Source: Candidatus Fervidifonticultor secundus (GTDB taxonomy: Bacteria > Sysuimicrobiota > Sysuimicrobiia > Sysuimicrobiales > Humicultoraceae). From it: a DNA stretch of 64,000 bases. Numbering within the stretch: position 1 is the stretch's first letter; the number at the start of each line of letters is the position of its first letter. The notes beneath the pieces were generated by a model. That model worked only from the letters and a program-made list of their open reading frames with translations, did no database searches and had not been told where the DNA came from. Shown here piece after piece: positions 40,249 through 49,260 of this stretch. The DNA is taken from positions 256,001 to 320,000 of the forward strand of contig JAVKIP010000001.1 of assembly GCA_031459385.1 (NCBI GenBank), in the 5' to 3' direction. The position numbers were made by a program, and so were the translations under genes.

Positions 40249-41375
40249 GGCGCGAGCTCTTCCTCCTTGCCGAGAATAGCCCGGGCGATCAGGTTCCGCA
40301 TGATCTCAGCGGTACCGCCCCCGATCTGCGCGGCCTTCACGTCCCGCCAGTAGAGTTCGAAAGGCTGTGTGCGGTAGGCGCCATGGCTGCCCGTGATCTG
40401 CAGGGCCTTCGACGTGATCTCCTCCGCAAACTCGGCGGCCAGGAGCTTGCACATCGCCGTTTCCTTCATGTGCTCCTGACCCCGGTCGTGCTGCCAGGCA
40501 ACGTAGTTGCGCATGATGGTCACAGCCTCCAGCTTGGCAGCCAGGTCGGCCACGATCCATCGGATACCCTGGAAGTCCTTGACGAGCCGCCTGCCTACCC
40601 GCCGGTGCGAGATGTACGTGGTGGCGTCTTCGAGCGCCGCCCGAGCCACGCCGATGAAGTGCGACGCGTTCCCGATCCGGCTGAGGTTGAACGTGGTGAA
40701 GAAGACGTCGTAGGCGCGGCCTTCCGGCCCCAGGCGGCTGGAGACAGGCAGCCGGCAGTCTTCGAACCGCACGTCGTAGATCGGGTGGGCGCGGTAACCG
40801 ATGGGGTCCTGCTTGGTGAACGTCACGCCGGGCGTCCCGGCCTCCATGAGGAACGCCGTCAGCCCCTCTGCAGTCTTCGCGAACACCGCCATGAGGTCTG
40901 CGTCGGCCGCCAGGTTGACGTGGCTCTTAGTGCCGTTCACCACGTACCACGGACCATCACGCACGGCCGTGCTCTCCACGGTGCGCAGCGTGGAGCCGGC
41001 TGCCGGCTCGGAGATGGCCTCGGCGGCGACCCAGCGGCCGTCGGACAAGCGAGGAAGGTAGCGCGCCTGTTGCTCGGGCGTGCCGAAGTCGAGAATCATC
41101 TTCTCGACCTGCACGTTGATCTGCGGTGTCGGCGCGCAGGCGGCGGCCAGTTCCTCGATGATCAGGGCGTACTCAACAGCTCCGCCGCCGAGTCCGCCGT
41201 GTTCGCGCGGGACGATGGGCCCCGCCCACCGTCGCTCGCCGATCGCGCGAAAGAGTTCACGGTCGAGGACGTTGGCCCGGTCCAGCTCCAGCGCGCGGGG
41301 CCGCGCGGTGGTCTGCGCGAACGCCCGGACTTCCTGCTGGAGGTGTTCCTGCGCTGGGGTCAGGCTATACGGCAT
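40245..41375 (-). CDS. Acyl-CoA dehydrogenase fold protein lacking the canonical catalytic Glu
   Basis: ISEPAAGS, NGTK, FQGI, QITGSHG; FNLSRIG and IGGGT at the two usual Glu positions. Confidence 0.88.
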   Translation of the reverse strand: MPYSLTPAQEHLQQEVRAFAQTTARPRALELDRANVLDRELFRAIGERRWAGPIVPREHGGLGGGAVEYALIIEELAAACAPTPQINVQVEKMILDFGTPEQQARYLPRLSDGRWVAAEAISEPAAGSTLRTVESTAVRDGPWYVVNGTKSHVNLAADADLMAVFAKTAEGLTAFLMEAGTPGVTFTKQDPIGYRAHPIYDVRFEDCRLPVSSRLGPEGRAYDVFFTTFNLSRIGNASHFIGVARAALEDATTYISHRRVGRRLVKDFQGIRWIVADLAAKLEAVTIMRNYVAWQHDRGQEHMKETAMCKLLAAEFAEEITSKALQITGSHGAYRTQPFELYWRDVKAAQIGGGTAEIMRNLIARAILGKEEELAP

Positions 41376-41386
41376 CGGCGGCGGTC

Positions 41387-42175
41387 CTACCGGCCCTGGA
41401 ACTCCGGCGACCGCCGTGCCCGAACCGCGGCGAGGGCCTCGCGGAGATCGGCGCTGTGGTAACAGGCGACCTGAGCGTCGATCTCGTAGTCGAGCACGGC
41501 GGGCAGGTCCATCCTGGTGGCGTCGTAGATTCCGCGCTTGAGGCGGCGCAGGGGCACGGGCGGTCCTGCCGCGACGACCCGGGCGAGGTGTTGCGCCTCC
41601 TCCAGTACCCTGTCGGCGGATACCACGCGGTTGACCAGACCCAGGCGTTCCGCGGTGACCGCATCCAGCATCTGCCTGGTGATGAGGAGCTCCAGGGCCC
41701 TGGCCGGGCCCACGGCCTGGGTAAGCAGGTAGCTTAGGCCCATCCCCGGGTAGAGCCCCAGGCTGAGGAACGGTGCGCCCAGTCTGGCGTCCTCGCCTGC
41801 GATCCGCAGGTCGCATGCCAGGGCCAGACCGAGTCCCGCCCCCACCGCATACCCGTTGATGGCGGCGATGGTGGGCGCAGCCAGGGTGCGGAGCCGGAGC
41901 ACCCCCTCGTAGAATCTCCGCGACCAGCTGGCAATGCTGACGGCGTCCCACCCGGTCATCTCGCTCAGGTGGTCGAGGTCGCCACCGCTGCTGAAGACCC
42001 CCCCGGCACCCCAGATGACCACTGCCCGGACCTGCTCGTCGCTTGCCAGGGCGTCGATCGCCGCCAGCAGATCGTCGATCAGCGCAGGAGTCAACGCGTT
42101 GCGCTTGGAGGGCTCCCGCAGCACGACGGTCGTGACGGGCCCGTCGGTGTTGACCTGCACGCGCTCGTATCCCAT
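41387..42175 (-). CDS. Enoyl-CoA hydratase/isomerase (crotonase) family protein
   Basis: RNAL, FSSGGDL, AAINGYAVGAG, ACDLRI. Confidence 0.9.
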   Translation of the reverse strand: MGYERVQVNTDGPVTTVVLREPSKRNALTPALIDDLLAAIDALASDEQVRAVVIWGAGGVFSSGGDLDHLSEMTGWDAVSIASWSRRFYEGVLRLRTLAAPTIAAINGYAVGAGLGLALACDLRIAGEDARLGAPFLSLGLYPGMGLSYLLTQAVGPARALELLITRQMLDAVTAERLGLVNRVVSADRVLEEAQHLARVVAAGPPVPLRRLKRGIYDATRMDLPAVLDYEIDAQVACYHSADLREALAAVRARRSPEFQGR

Positions 42176-42183
42176 GGTGGCCC

Positions 42184-43011
42184 TCACGGGGCGCCCAGGA
42201 GCATCCGGGGCGTCACCTTCGTCATCACCTCCAGGTCCCGCTCGCTGATCCCTTCGGCGCGCAGGCCGGCGACGAACGCCCGCAGCCCATCGACCGGGCA
42301 CGGATTGTGGGGTTGTCCGTAGTCTGTGGCCAGGACGGTGGAGCCGGCACCCACCTGGCGGATGTGCTCGGCGATTTGCCCCACGGACACGCTACCCCCG
42401 TCCGGCCGCGTGCTCAGGAGGCACCGCTCGAAGAACACGCCGCGCCGTGCCAGGTCGCGCTGGGCTTCGACGTCCAGCCAGGTCAGGTGCGTCTCCGGAT
42501 GGGTGATGAGTACCTTGCGCACCCCAGCGGCCAGAGCGGCGGTCACCAACACCTCGATCTCTGCCCCGGACAGATGGCCCGTGCCGAGGATGACGTCGGC
42601 GGTCGCAATCAAGCGCAGGATCTCGTGCACCTCCGGTCGTAGCTGGCCTGCGGCGTCCAGGATGCGCATGCCGTTGCCCTCGCCGTAGAACCGGCGGTGG
42701 TTCCAGGCCGCCTGTGTGGGCATCCAGATCTCCCTGGCCCCCAGTCTGAGCGCCGTCTCCACTGCCGCGGGGTTTAGCCCGCCGACGGGGTCGTTAAGCA
42801 CCAGTCCGCCGAACACCCGGGCGCCGGGTACCGCCTGCGTCGCCAGGAGCGCGCGTTCGACCGTCGAACCGTGGTGGCTCTTGAGCAGCACGCCAGCCAG
42901 CCCCGCGTCACGTGCGCGCCGCGCCAGCTCTAGGTCGTCCAGCCGGCGGGGCACGACGTCCGGCGCCGCGTGGACGTGCATGTCGAACGCGCCGGTCAGG
43001 TCTACCATCAC
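42184..43011 (-). CDS. Amidohydrolase-like TIM barrel protein (DUF6282-like)
   Basis: DMHVH, LKSH, WMPT, TGH, ITHP, TDYGQ metal-site pattern. Confidence 0.75.
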   Translation of the reverse strand: MMVDLTGAFDMHVHAAPDVVPRRLDDLELARRARDAGLAGVLLKSHHGSTVERALLATQAVPGARVFGGLVLNDPVGGLNPAAVETALRLGAREIWMPTQAAWNHRRFYGEGNGMRILDAAGQLRPEVHEILRLIATADVILGTGHLSGAEIEVLVTAALAAGVRKVLITHPETHLTWLDVEAQRDLARRGVFFERCLLSTRPDGGSVSVGQIAEHIRQVGAGSTVLATDYGQPHNPCPVDGLRAFVAGLRAEGISERDLEVMTKVTPRMLLGAP

Positions 43012-43014
43012 CGC

Positions 43015-43812
43015 TCACCCCGCACGCGCCGCTGTGCCCTCGATCTGCAGCTGGACGTCCTCCGCCACGTGCTCCCAGACGAGACGCTTGAGGCGGGCGT
43101 ACTCGGGATCGCTCTGGACGTCCAGACCGCGGGGGCGCGGCAGCGTGTTGTCGATGATGGCCCGGACGCGCCCGGGCCGGGCCCGGAGCACGACGATGCG
43201 GTCCGAGAGGACCAGCGCCTCGTCGATATTGTGCGTGACGAACAGCGTGGTCTTACGGCTCTCCTGGTGGATGCGCAGAAACTCCTGCTGCAGCACCTGG
43301 CGGGTCATGGCGTCCAGGGCCGCGAAGGGCTCGTCCATGAGCAGGATCTCCGGGTCGCTGGCGAGGGCGCGGGCCAGTGCGACCCGCTGCTGCATGCCGC
43401 CCGACAGCTCCGACGGATACAGCTGTTCGTAGCCCCGCAGGTTGACCATCGTCAGGTAGTGCGATGCGCGGTCAGCGACGGTGCGCGGGGAGAGCCCCTT
43501 GAGCCGCAGCGCGAACTCTACGTTGCCGCGGACTGTCTTCCAGGGGAACAACGCGTAGTTCTGGAAGACGATGCCACACCGGCGTTCCACGCCCGCGATC
43601 GGCACACCACGCAGCAGGAGCTGCCCGCTGGTTGGTTCAATGAACCCGGCCACCATGTAAAGGAAGGTCGTCTTCCCGCACCCGGAGCTCCCCACGAGGC
43701 ACACGAGCTCGTGTTCGTGGACGGTGAGGCTCAAGTCCTCGAGCGCCACCACCTGGCGCCCGTGGCCGCCGACGAAGATCTTCGTGACGTGATCTGCGAC
43801 GAGAACGCCCAT
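43015..43812 (-). CDS. ABC transporter ATP-binding protein (TauB/SsuB/NitT type)
   Basis: [29 protein letters not shown]. Confidence 0.92.
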   Translation of the reverse strand: MGVLVADHVTKIFVGGHGRQVVALEDLSLTVHEHELVCLVGSSGCGKTTFLYMVAGFIEPTSGQLLLRGVPIAGVERRCGIVFQNYALFPWKTVRGNVEFALRLKGLSPRTVADRASHYLTMVNLRGYEQLYPSELSGGMQQRVALARALASDPEILLMDEPFAALDAMTRQVLQQEFLRIHQESRKTTLFVTHNIDEALVLSDRIVVLRARPGRVRAIIDNTLPRPRGLDVQSDPEYARLKRLVWEHVAEDVQLQIEGTAARAG

Positions 43813-43814
43813 GG

Positions 43815-44639
43815 CTACCGCCTGAACCGGTGCCGCTCCCAGGGGATGAGCCGCCCCTCCATCGCCCGGAACAGCGTGTCGATGGTGAAGACGGTGGCGC
43901 TGATGAGCGCCATGCCCACCATGATGAGCGCCAGATTGTTCCAGTCCTTGCCGAACCAGATCAGGGCGCCCAGCCCGCGGTTGGCTGCGACCATCTCTGC
44001 CGACAGGACGACCGTCCACGAGATCGCCAGCGAGACCTTGAGCCCGCTGACGATGCCGGGCAGGGCACCCGGCAGGATGACTTCCCGCATGATTTCCAGG
44101 CTGTTGGCGCCAAGGTTCCGCGCCGCAAGGACCAGCAGGGGGTCCACACGCTTGGTCGCCTCGGCCACGTAGAGCAGCGTGGCGGCGAACGTCCCCATGA
44201 AGACGATGGCGTACTTTTGGCTCTCGCCGATGCCGAACCAGAGGATGCTCAGAGGGATCCAGGAGAGGGAGGGCAGCGGGCGGATGAGCGAGAGGAGCGG
44301 GTCGATCGCCGCTTTGGCGACCCGCGATGTACCCATCAGCACGCCCACCGGAATCGCCACCGCAGCCGACAGGAGGTAGCCGACGAACACCCGCCGCGCG
44401 CTGGTCAGCACGTGGTACCACAGCTCGCCACTGGAAACGAGCTTCATCGCTTCCCGCCAGACCATGGTCGGCGACGGGAGGAACAGCGTGGAGATCCACC
44501 CCGTCGCCGTGACCAGGTACCAGGCCACCAGCACTCCCGCGGTTGCCCCGAGGCTGACGACGGCCAGCCGGGAGTCGCTGAGGCCCGGACGCTGCGCATG
44601 GCCTGGCGACGGCGCCCGCAGCGGGAGGAGGCGCGCCAT
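43815..44639 (-). CDS. ABC transporter permease (TauC/SsuC type)
   Basis: [31 protein letters not shown]. Confidence 0.9.
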   Translation of the reverse strand: MARLLPLRAPSPGHAQRPGLSDSRLAVVSLGATAGVLVAWYLVTATGWISTLFLPSPTMVWREAMKLVSSGELWYHVLTSARRVFVGYLLSAAVAIPVGVLMGTSRVAKAAIDPLLSLIRPLPSLSWIPLSILWFGIGESQKYAIVFMGTFAATLLYVAEATKRVDPLLVLAARNLGANSLEIMREVILPGALPGIVSGLKVSLAISWTVVLSAEMVAANRGLGALIWFGKDWNNLALIMVGMALISATVFTIDTLFRAMEGRLIPWERHRFRR

Positions 44640-44700
44640 CGTCCTCACCCCGGGACGATCCTCCCGGGCCGCGTGGGCACGTGCCCGATCCGTCGGCGGC

Positions 44701-45699
44701 CTACTGCGTCGGCCACAGCCTGGTATTCATCCATTCCTGCGGGTTGGGCCGTTCGGCGATGCGCCCCGTCGACGCGGCCCAGTCCACCAGCAGCGTCAGC
44801 ACCTGGAGGACGTTGGCGGCCTTGGCCTTCTGCTGCGTTCCCTCGTAGTAGGTGAAGAGCCGGATATTCTCCTGGGCCGTGGCGGGGTCGGTACGGAAGC
44901 AGCCGGCGATCGTGGCCGCCGCGTCCGCCGGGTTCGCCCGAATGTGCGCGATCGCCCGGCTCACCACCTGGAAGATCGCCGTCCCCACGCGAGGGTACCC
45001 GGCCACGATCTCTCGTCGCATGACCAGCAGGTCGCCGGCCGCAATGGCCCCGTGGCGCTTGTAGAGGGAGGTGTCCGCGTTGGTGGCGAGCACGCGCGCG
45101 CCGGTCAGTCCGCGGACCGCCGACGAGAGCGTGGGCTCCCAGATCGAGTAGGCGTCGATGTGACCGCGCGCAAACGCCGTGGGGATGTCGGTCACGGTGA
45201 GGGGCACGATCTCGACATCGCGCATGGTGAGGCCGGCGTCCTGCAGGAGGAAAAACAGCGTGACCTCTGCGCTGGAGTTCAACGGCACGCCGACCTTCTT
45301 GCCGCGGAGGTCCGCGACGGTGCGGATCTCCGGCCGCGCCGCGATGCCCTCGCGGCCGACGGCATCGTCGATCATCCCGACCCAGTAGAATGTGCGGTTC
45401 CCTTTCGCCATCTCGGCGACCACCGACAGCTGGCCGGTGTTGGTCCAGCCGATCGCGCCCTGCGTCAGGGCCAGCATTCGGTCGGCGCTGCTGACGATGG
45501 TCCGGAAGGTGACGTGCAGGCCGGCTTCCCTGAACCATCCCTTCTCGATGGCGAGGATCACCGGGGCGTGCCCGTACCACGTGCAGGACGCCCCGAAGTC
45601 CACGTTGACGTTGGGCATGGGCGCACCGGCCGATGTCGGAACCGCCGTGCCTGCCAGGATCGTGACGAGCACTGCGAGGCGTCGCATGCGGGTCTGCAT
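44701..45699 (-). CDS. ABC substrate-binding protein (TauA/SsuA/NMT1 type)
   Basis: Signal peptide, AIEKGWF, DLRGKKVG, IWEP; GGAGG RBS. Confidence 0.85.
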   Translation of the reverse strand: MQTRMRRLAVLVTILAGTAVPTSAGAPMPNVNVDFGASCTWYGHAPVILAIEKGWFREAGLHVTFRTIVSSADRMLALTQGAIGWTNTGQLSVVAEMAKGNRTFYWVGMIDDAVGREGIAARPEIRTVADLRGKKVGVPLNSSAEVTLFFLLQDAGLTMRDVEIVPLTVTDIPTAFARGHIDAYSIWEPTLSSAVRGLTGARVLATNADTSLYKRHGAIAAGDLLVMRREIVAGYPRVGTAIFQVVSRAIAHIRANPADAAATIAGCFRTDPATAQENIRLFTYYEGTQQKAKAANVLQVLTLLVDWAASTGRIAERPNPQEWMNTRLWPTQ

Positions 45700-45744
45700 C
45701 GTGCTTTCCCCTCCTCCACGCGGCGGCGTCGGAGCAGACGCCGG

Positions 45745-46923
45745 CTAGTCTACGTCGGCCAATACACGGCGGATGCGCTCCAGCGCTCTTTCCAGCCGGT
45801 CACGCCCGTTGGTCAGGGAGATGCGGATGTGGCCCTCCCCGGCTTTACCGAAAGCGCTGCCCGGTGTCACGGCCACATGGGCCCGCTCCAGGAGCAGACT
45901 GGCGAACTCCGTCGAGCTCAGGGGACGCCGGAACCGGAAGCCGGGAAAGAGATAGAAGGTACCCTCGGGCCACGGGCAGCGGATGCCCGGCATCGCGTTC
46001 AGCAACGGCACGGCCAGCGCGCGCCGTTCGCGGTATGCTGCCACCATCTCGTCTGCGGACTGTCGAGGCCCGCGCAGCGCTGCCACACCGGCTCGCATCG
46101 CGAACGAGGAAGCACAGGTGACCACGTGCTGGTGGACCTTGAGGACCTCGCGGACGATCCGCGGGGGACCCGCCAAGTACCCCAGCCGCCAGCCGGTCAT
46201 GGCGTAGGTCTTCGAGAACCCGTTGATGGTCACCGTGCGTTCGAACATCCCGGGCAGGGTACCCAGGCTGCGATGCACCGCGCCGTCGAAGACGATGCGC
46301 TCGTAGATTTCGTCGGAGATCACCAGCAGATTCGCATCCCGGGCGACGTCGGCGATGGCCCGCAGCTCGGGTTCGGCGAGCACGCGCCCGGTGGGGTTGT
46401 TGGGCGAGTTGACGAGGATCAGACGGGTGCGGGCTGTCAGCGCGCGCCGCATGTCCGCCGCGTCCAGCCGGAAGCCGTCGGGCGCCAGCGGGACGTGGAC
46501 CGGTATTCCTCCGGCCAGGCGGATCATGGCGTCGTAGCTCACCCACGCGGGTGTGGGGACGATGACTTCGTCTCCGGGGTTGACGAGGGCCAGAAGCGTC
46601 GCGGCCAGGGCAAACTTGGCGGACGGGGTCACCAGAATCGACTCGCCCGGGGCGTCCAGCGGCAGCCCGTTCTCCGTCTTAAGCTTGTGAGCGATGGCGT
46701 CCAGCAGGTCGGGAATGCCCCGACTGCTCACGTAATGCGTGAAGCCCTCGTCCATCGCATCCCGGGCGGCCGCGACGATGTGCTGGGGCGTCGGAAAATC
46801 GGGATCGCCGCCACTCAGGTCGATGACGTCCACGCCCGCGGCGCGCAGCCGGCGGCTGAGATCGCTGATTGCCACGGTGGCGGACTCCTCGATCTCCCTG
46901 AGCCGCGTGGCAGCCGTCAGCAC
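45745..46923 (-). CDS. Class I/II PLP aminotransferase (AspC-like)
   Basis: GDPDF.TP, NSPNNPTG, SDEIYE, GFSKTYAMTGWRLGY. Confidence 0.92.
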   Translation of the reverse strand: MLTAATRLREIEESATVAISDLSRRLRAAGVDVIDLSGGDPDFPTPQHIVAAARDAMDEGFTHYVSSRGIPDLLDAIAHKLKTENGLPLDAPGESILVTPSAKFALAATLLALVNPGDEVIVPTPAWVSYDAMIRLAGGIPVHVPLAPDGFRLDAADMRRALTARTRLILVNSPNNPTGRVLAEPELRAIADVARDANLLVISDEIYERIVFDGAVHRSLGTLPGMFERTVTINGFSKTYAMTGWRLGYLAGPPRIVREVLKVHQHVVTCASSFAMRAGVAALRGPRQSADEMVAAYRERRALAVPLLNAMPGIRCPWPEGTFYLFPGFRFRRPLSSTEFASLLLERAHVAVTPGSAFGKAGEGHIRISLTNGRDRLERALERIRRVLADVD

Positions 46924-47843
46924 GGGTCACCTCCGGGGCGTGTCTTCGCACGGTCGCGCTGATCGTACAGCGCCAGTACCGCCAGGAAATCTTCGGGCTC
47001 TCGGCCGCTCAAGAGGTCCTTGACGCCGAGTCGGGCGGACCACTGGAGTCGCCTGCGCGTCGCTTCCGCCATCGTGGGCCTGACGCCCAACTGGCGGATG
47101 ACCGCGGTCACGCCCTTCATCTCGTCGGCCCGCCGCCCTGCGTGCACGGGGTCCGATGTCAGGCACATCCGGGCGAAGTCGGAGAATCGGACCGCGTCCA
47201 TGGGCTGGGTGAGCGCTGCGAATGCCTCGGGTGCGAGGCCCGCACGGTACGCGGCAAACATCGCCTCCACGATGAGCGCTTCCATGCCCTTCGTCACCGC
47301 ACTGCGCAGCATCTTGAGGAACGCAGCCGCGCCTGCCGATCCCGGGACGACGGTGATGTTCAGACCCAGCGGAGCCAAGCGCTGCTGAAACGCTGCTGCG
47401 CCGTTCCCGGAAGCGTAGATGGCGACGGTGTGGCCATAGAGCGAGACCGCCCCCATCAGCTCGGCGTCGACGAACGCAGCGCCCCGGGCGGTCACCCGTT
47501 GGGCCATGGCGTCCTTCGCCGCGGGCGGCACGGCGTTCATGTCGGCATAGATGTGGCGTGCGCCGAGGTACAGAGCACTCTCCTCGGCCACGGCGGTCGC
47601 GGCACTGGTGGCCACTGCGGAGATGATGAGGTCGGCTCCCGTCACCAGTGCCTCCAGGCTGTCCACGAGCGTCACGCCCCGTGCCGCTGCCTCCTCTTGA
47701 AACGCGGACGTGTACGGCGGCCGGTGGCGAGGACCGTTGCAGTATGCAGTGAGACGCGCGACGCGCCCGTTGAGGGCCGATGCAAATGTCTTGGCCGCCT
47801 CGCCAAATCCCAGGAAGCCGATGCGGAGACGCGATGTTTCCAT
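46917..47843 (-). CDS. NAD(P)-dependent oxidoreductase (beta-hydroxyacid dehydrogenase-like, DUF1932 type)
   Basis: GFLGFGEAA, LKMLRS..TKG, HAGRRADEM. Confidence 0.8.
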   Translation of the reverse strand: METSRLRIGFLGFGEAAKTFASALNGRVARLTAYCNGPRHRPPYTSAFQEEAAARGVTLVDSLEALVTGADLIISAVATSAATAVAEESALYLGARHIYADMNAVPPAAKDAMAQRVTARGAAFVDAELMGAVSLYGHTVAIYASGNGAAAFQQRLAPLGLNITVVPGSAGAAAFLKMLRSAVTKGMEALIVEAMFAAYRAGLAPEAFAALTQPMDAVRFSDFARMCLTSDPVHAGRRADEMKGVTAVIRQLGVRPTMAEATRRRLQWSARLGVKDLLSGREPEDFLAVLALYDQRDRAKTRPGGDPC

Positions 47844-47862
47844 ATTGTGGAAAGTAATTTCC
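47837..47862. promoter_or_regulatory. Putative IclR operator (overlapping palindromes)
   Basis: TTTCCA-N5-TGGAAA (47837-47853) and GGAAA-N4-TTTCC (47849-47862) between the divergent genes. Confidence 0.6.
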
Positions 47863-47920
47863 TCTTTTGTTATCCTGCTCTTCGACGGAGGCAGGCGATT
47901 CCTCCTGCCGGGGGTGGTCG

Positions 47921-48709
47921 ATGGTCAAGGCTTTGGACAAGGCACTTGCCCTGCTCGCGATCATGGCGCCCACGCCGGAGCGGAGCGAGTGGAAACTCGT
48001 GGAACTCGCGAAACAGACGAGGCTCCCTCTCAGCACCGTCCATCGCCTGCTCAACGCGCTGGCGCAGCGTCGTTTTGTGGAGCGGGGGGAGGGCGGTCGG
48101 TACCGGCTCGGTCTGACGTTGCTGCAACTGGGTCACGCAGTCTGGGAGAACCTCCCGCTTCGGCAGATTGCCTGGCCCGTCATGGCCGATCTGGCCAGGC
48201 GCACGGAGGATACCGTCTATCTGACCATGCGCGACGGCGACGAGGGCGTCTACGTCGAGAAGATTGACAGTCAACTCTACCTGCGGATCGCCGAGCCGGT
48301 CGGCTTCCGTCGCCCGCTGTACGTCGGGGCGTCGCGGAAGGCGATGCTGGCGTTCCTCCCCCCAGGCGAGATCCGGCGCATCGTCCGGGAGGGGGCCTCA
48401 CGGAGCCTGCTCGGGCGGCGGGTGACGATCCAGGCCCTCCTATGCGAACTGCAGCGCATCCGGGAGGCTGGATACGCGATCACGTGGGGTGAGACCACGG
48501 AAGGGACCGCCGGGGTAGCCGCCCCGCTCATCGATGCCCGGGGGTGGCCGATCGGCGCCATCAGCGTCTCCGGACCCGCGCAACGGTTTCCCGCGGACCG
48601 ACTGCCCAAACTGGGCCAGCACGTGCGCGACGCGGCCGAGGTGATTAGCGGGAGACTTGGCTACGTCAAGAGCCCGCGGCACCTGCCCGGGTCCACGGCC
48701 GCGCGCTAG
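47921..48709 (+). CDS. IclR family transcriptional regulator
   Basis: LPLSTVHRLLNAL HTH, YRLG, GASRKAMLAF, AISVSGP. Confidence 0.93.
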   Translation: MVKALDKALALLAIMAPTPERSEWKLVELAKQTRLPLSTVHRLLNALAQRRFVERGEGGRYRLGLTLLQLGHAVWENLPLRQIAWPVMADLARRTEDTVYLTMRDGDEGVYVEKIDSQLYLRIAEPVGFRRPLYVGASRKAMLAFLPPGEIRRIVREGASRSLLGRRVTIQALLCELQRIREAGYAITWGETTEGTAGVAAPLIDARGWPIGAISVSGPAQRFPADRLPKLGQHVRDAAEVISGRLGYVKSPRHLPGSTAAR

Positions 48710-48711
48710 TT

Positions 48712-49083
48712 GTCCGCAGCCTGCAGATCAGCGCGGCGACCGCTGTGGCCGGCGGTCTGCTCGGCGGCCTGATGGTGTATGCTGCCGTCAGCCCCGGCGC
48801 CCCGCGGTGCCCCGCTGCCGCCGCGGTTCCCTGCCATGCTGGCGCAGGCCGACCGGCTGGGGGCCGCGCTGGGCCCACCCCGGATGTCGCGCCCGTGCCA
48901 CAACGACCTGCTGCTGGCTAACTTCATCGACGACGGCGCGCGCCTGTGGATCATCGACTGGGAGTACGCGGCCATGGGCGACGTCTGGTTCGACCTGGGC
49001 AACTTCGCCATGCACCACCAGCGCTCCGACGACGAGGAACGGGTGCTGCTCGAGGCCTACGTCGGCTGCGTCGCGCCCCGGGG
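48712..49083 (+). pseudogene. Mosaic remnant: possible ABC permease fragment plus internal fragment of a choline-kinase-like gene
   Basis: VRSLQISAATAVAGGLLGGLMVYAAV, then CHNDLLLANFIDDGARLWIIDWEYAAMGD..FDLGN with no N-lobe and a truncated C-terminus. Confidence 0.7.
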
Positions 49084-49260
49084 CGATCGCCTCGGCGTTG
49101 GGGGCTTCCAGCAGGGGCTGGATCTGCCGCCGCGTGGACGTGATCAGCTCGCTGACGATGAGAGTTCGGCGGCGCGCGCTCATGGCAGCCCAGGTTGAGG
49201 ATGAACGCTGCGCGGAGGTTGCGCTGACGGGCGTCGTACGCTACCGCGCCGCCTGCGCCG

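Noticed and set aside
35796..48780. Island as an integrative element or transposon
   Set aside because: No integrase, transposase, tRNA or terminal direct repeats seen; only composition and flanking debris suggest acquisition.
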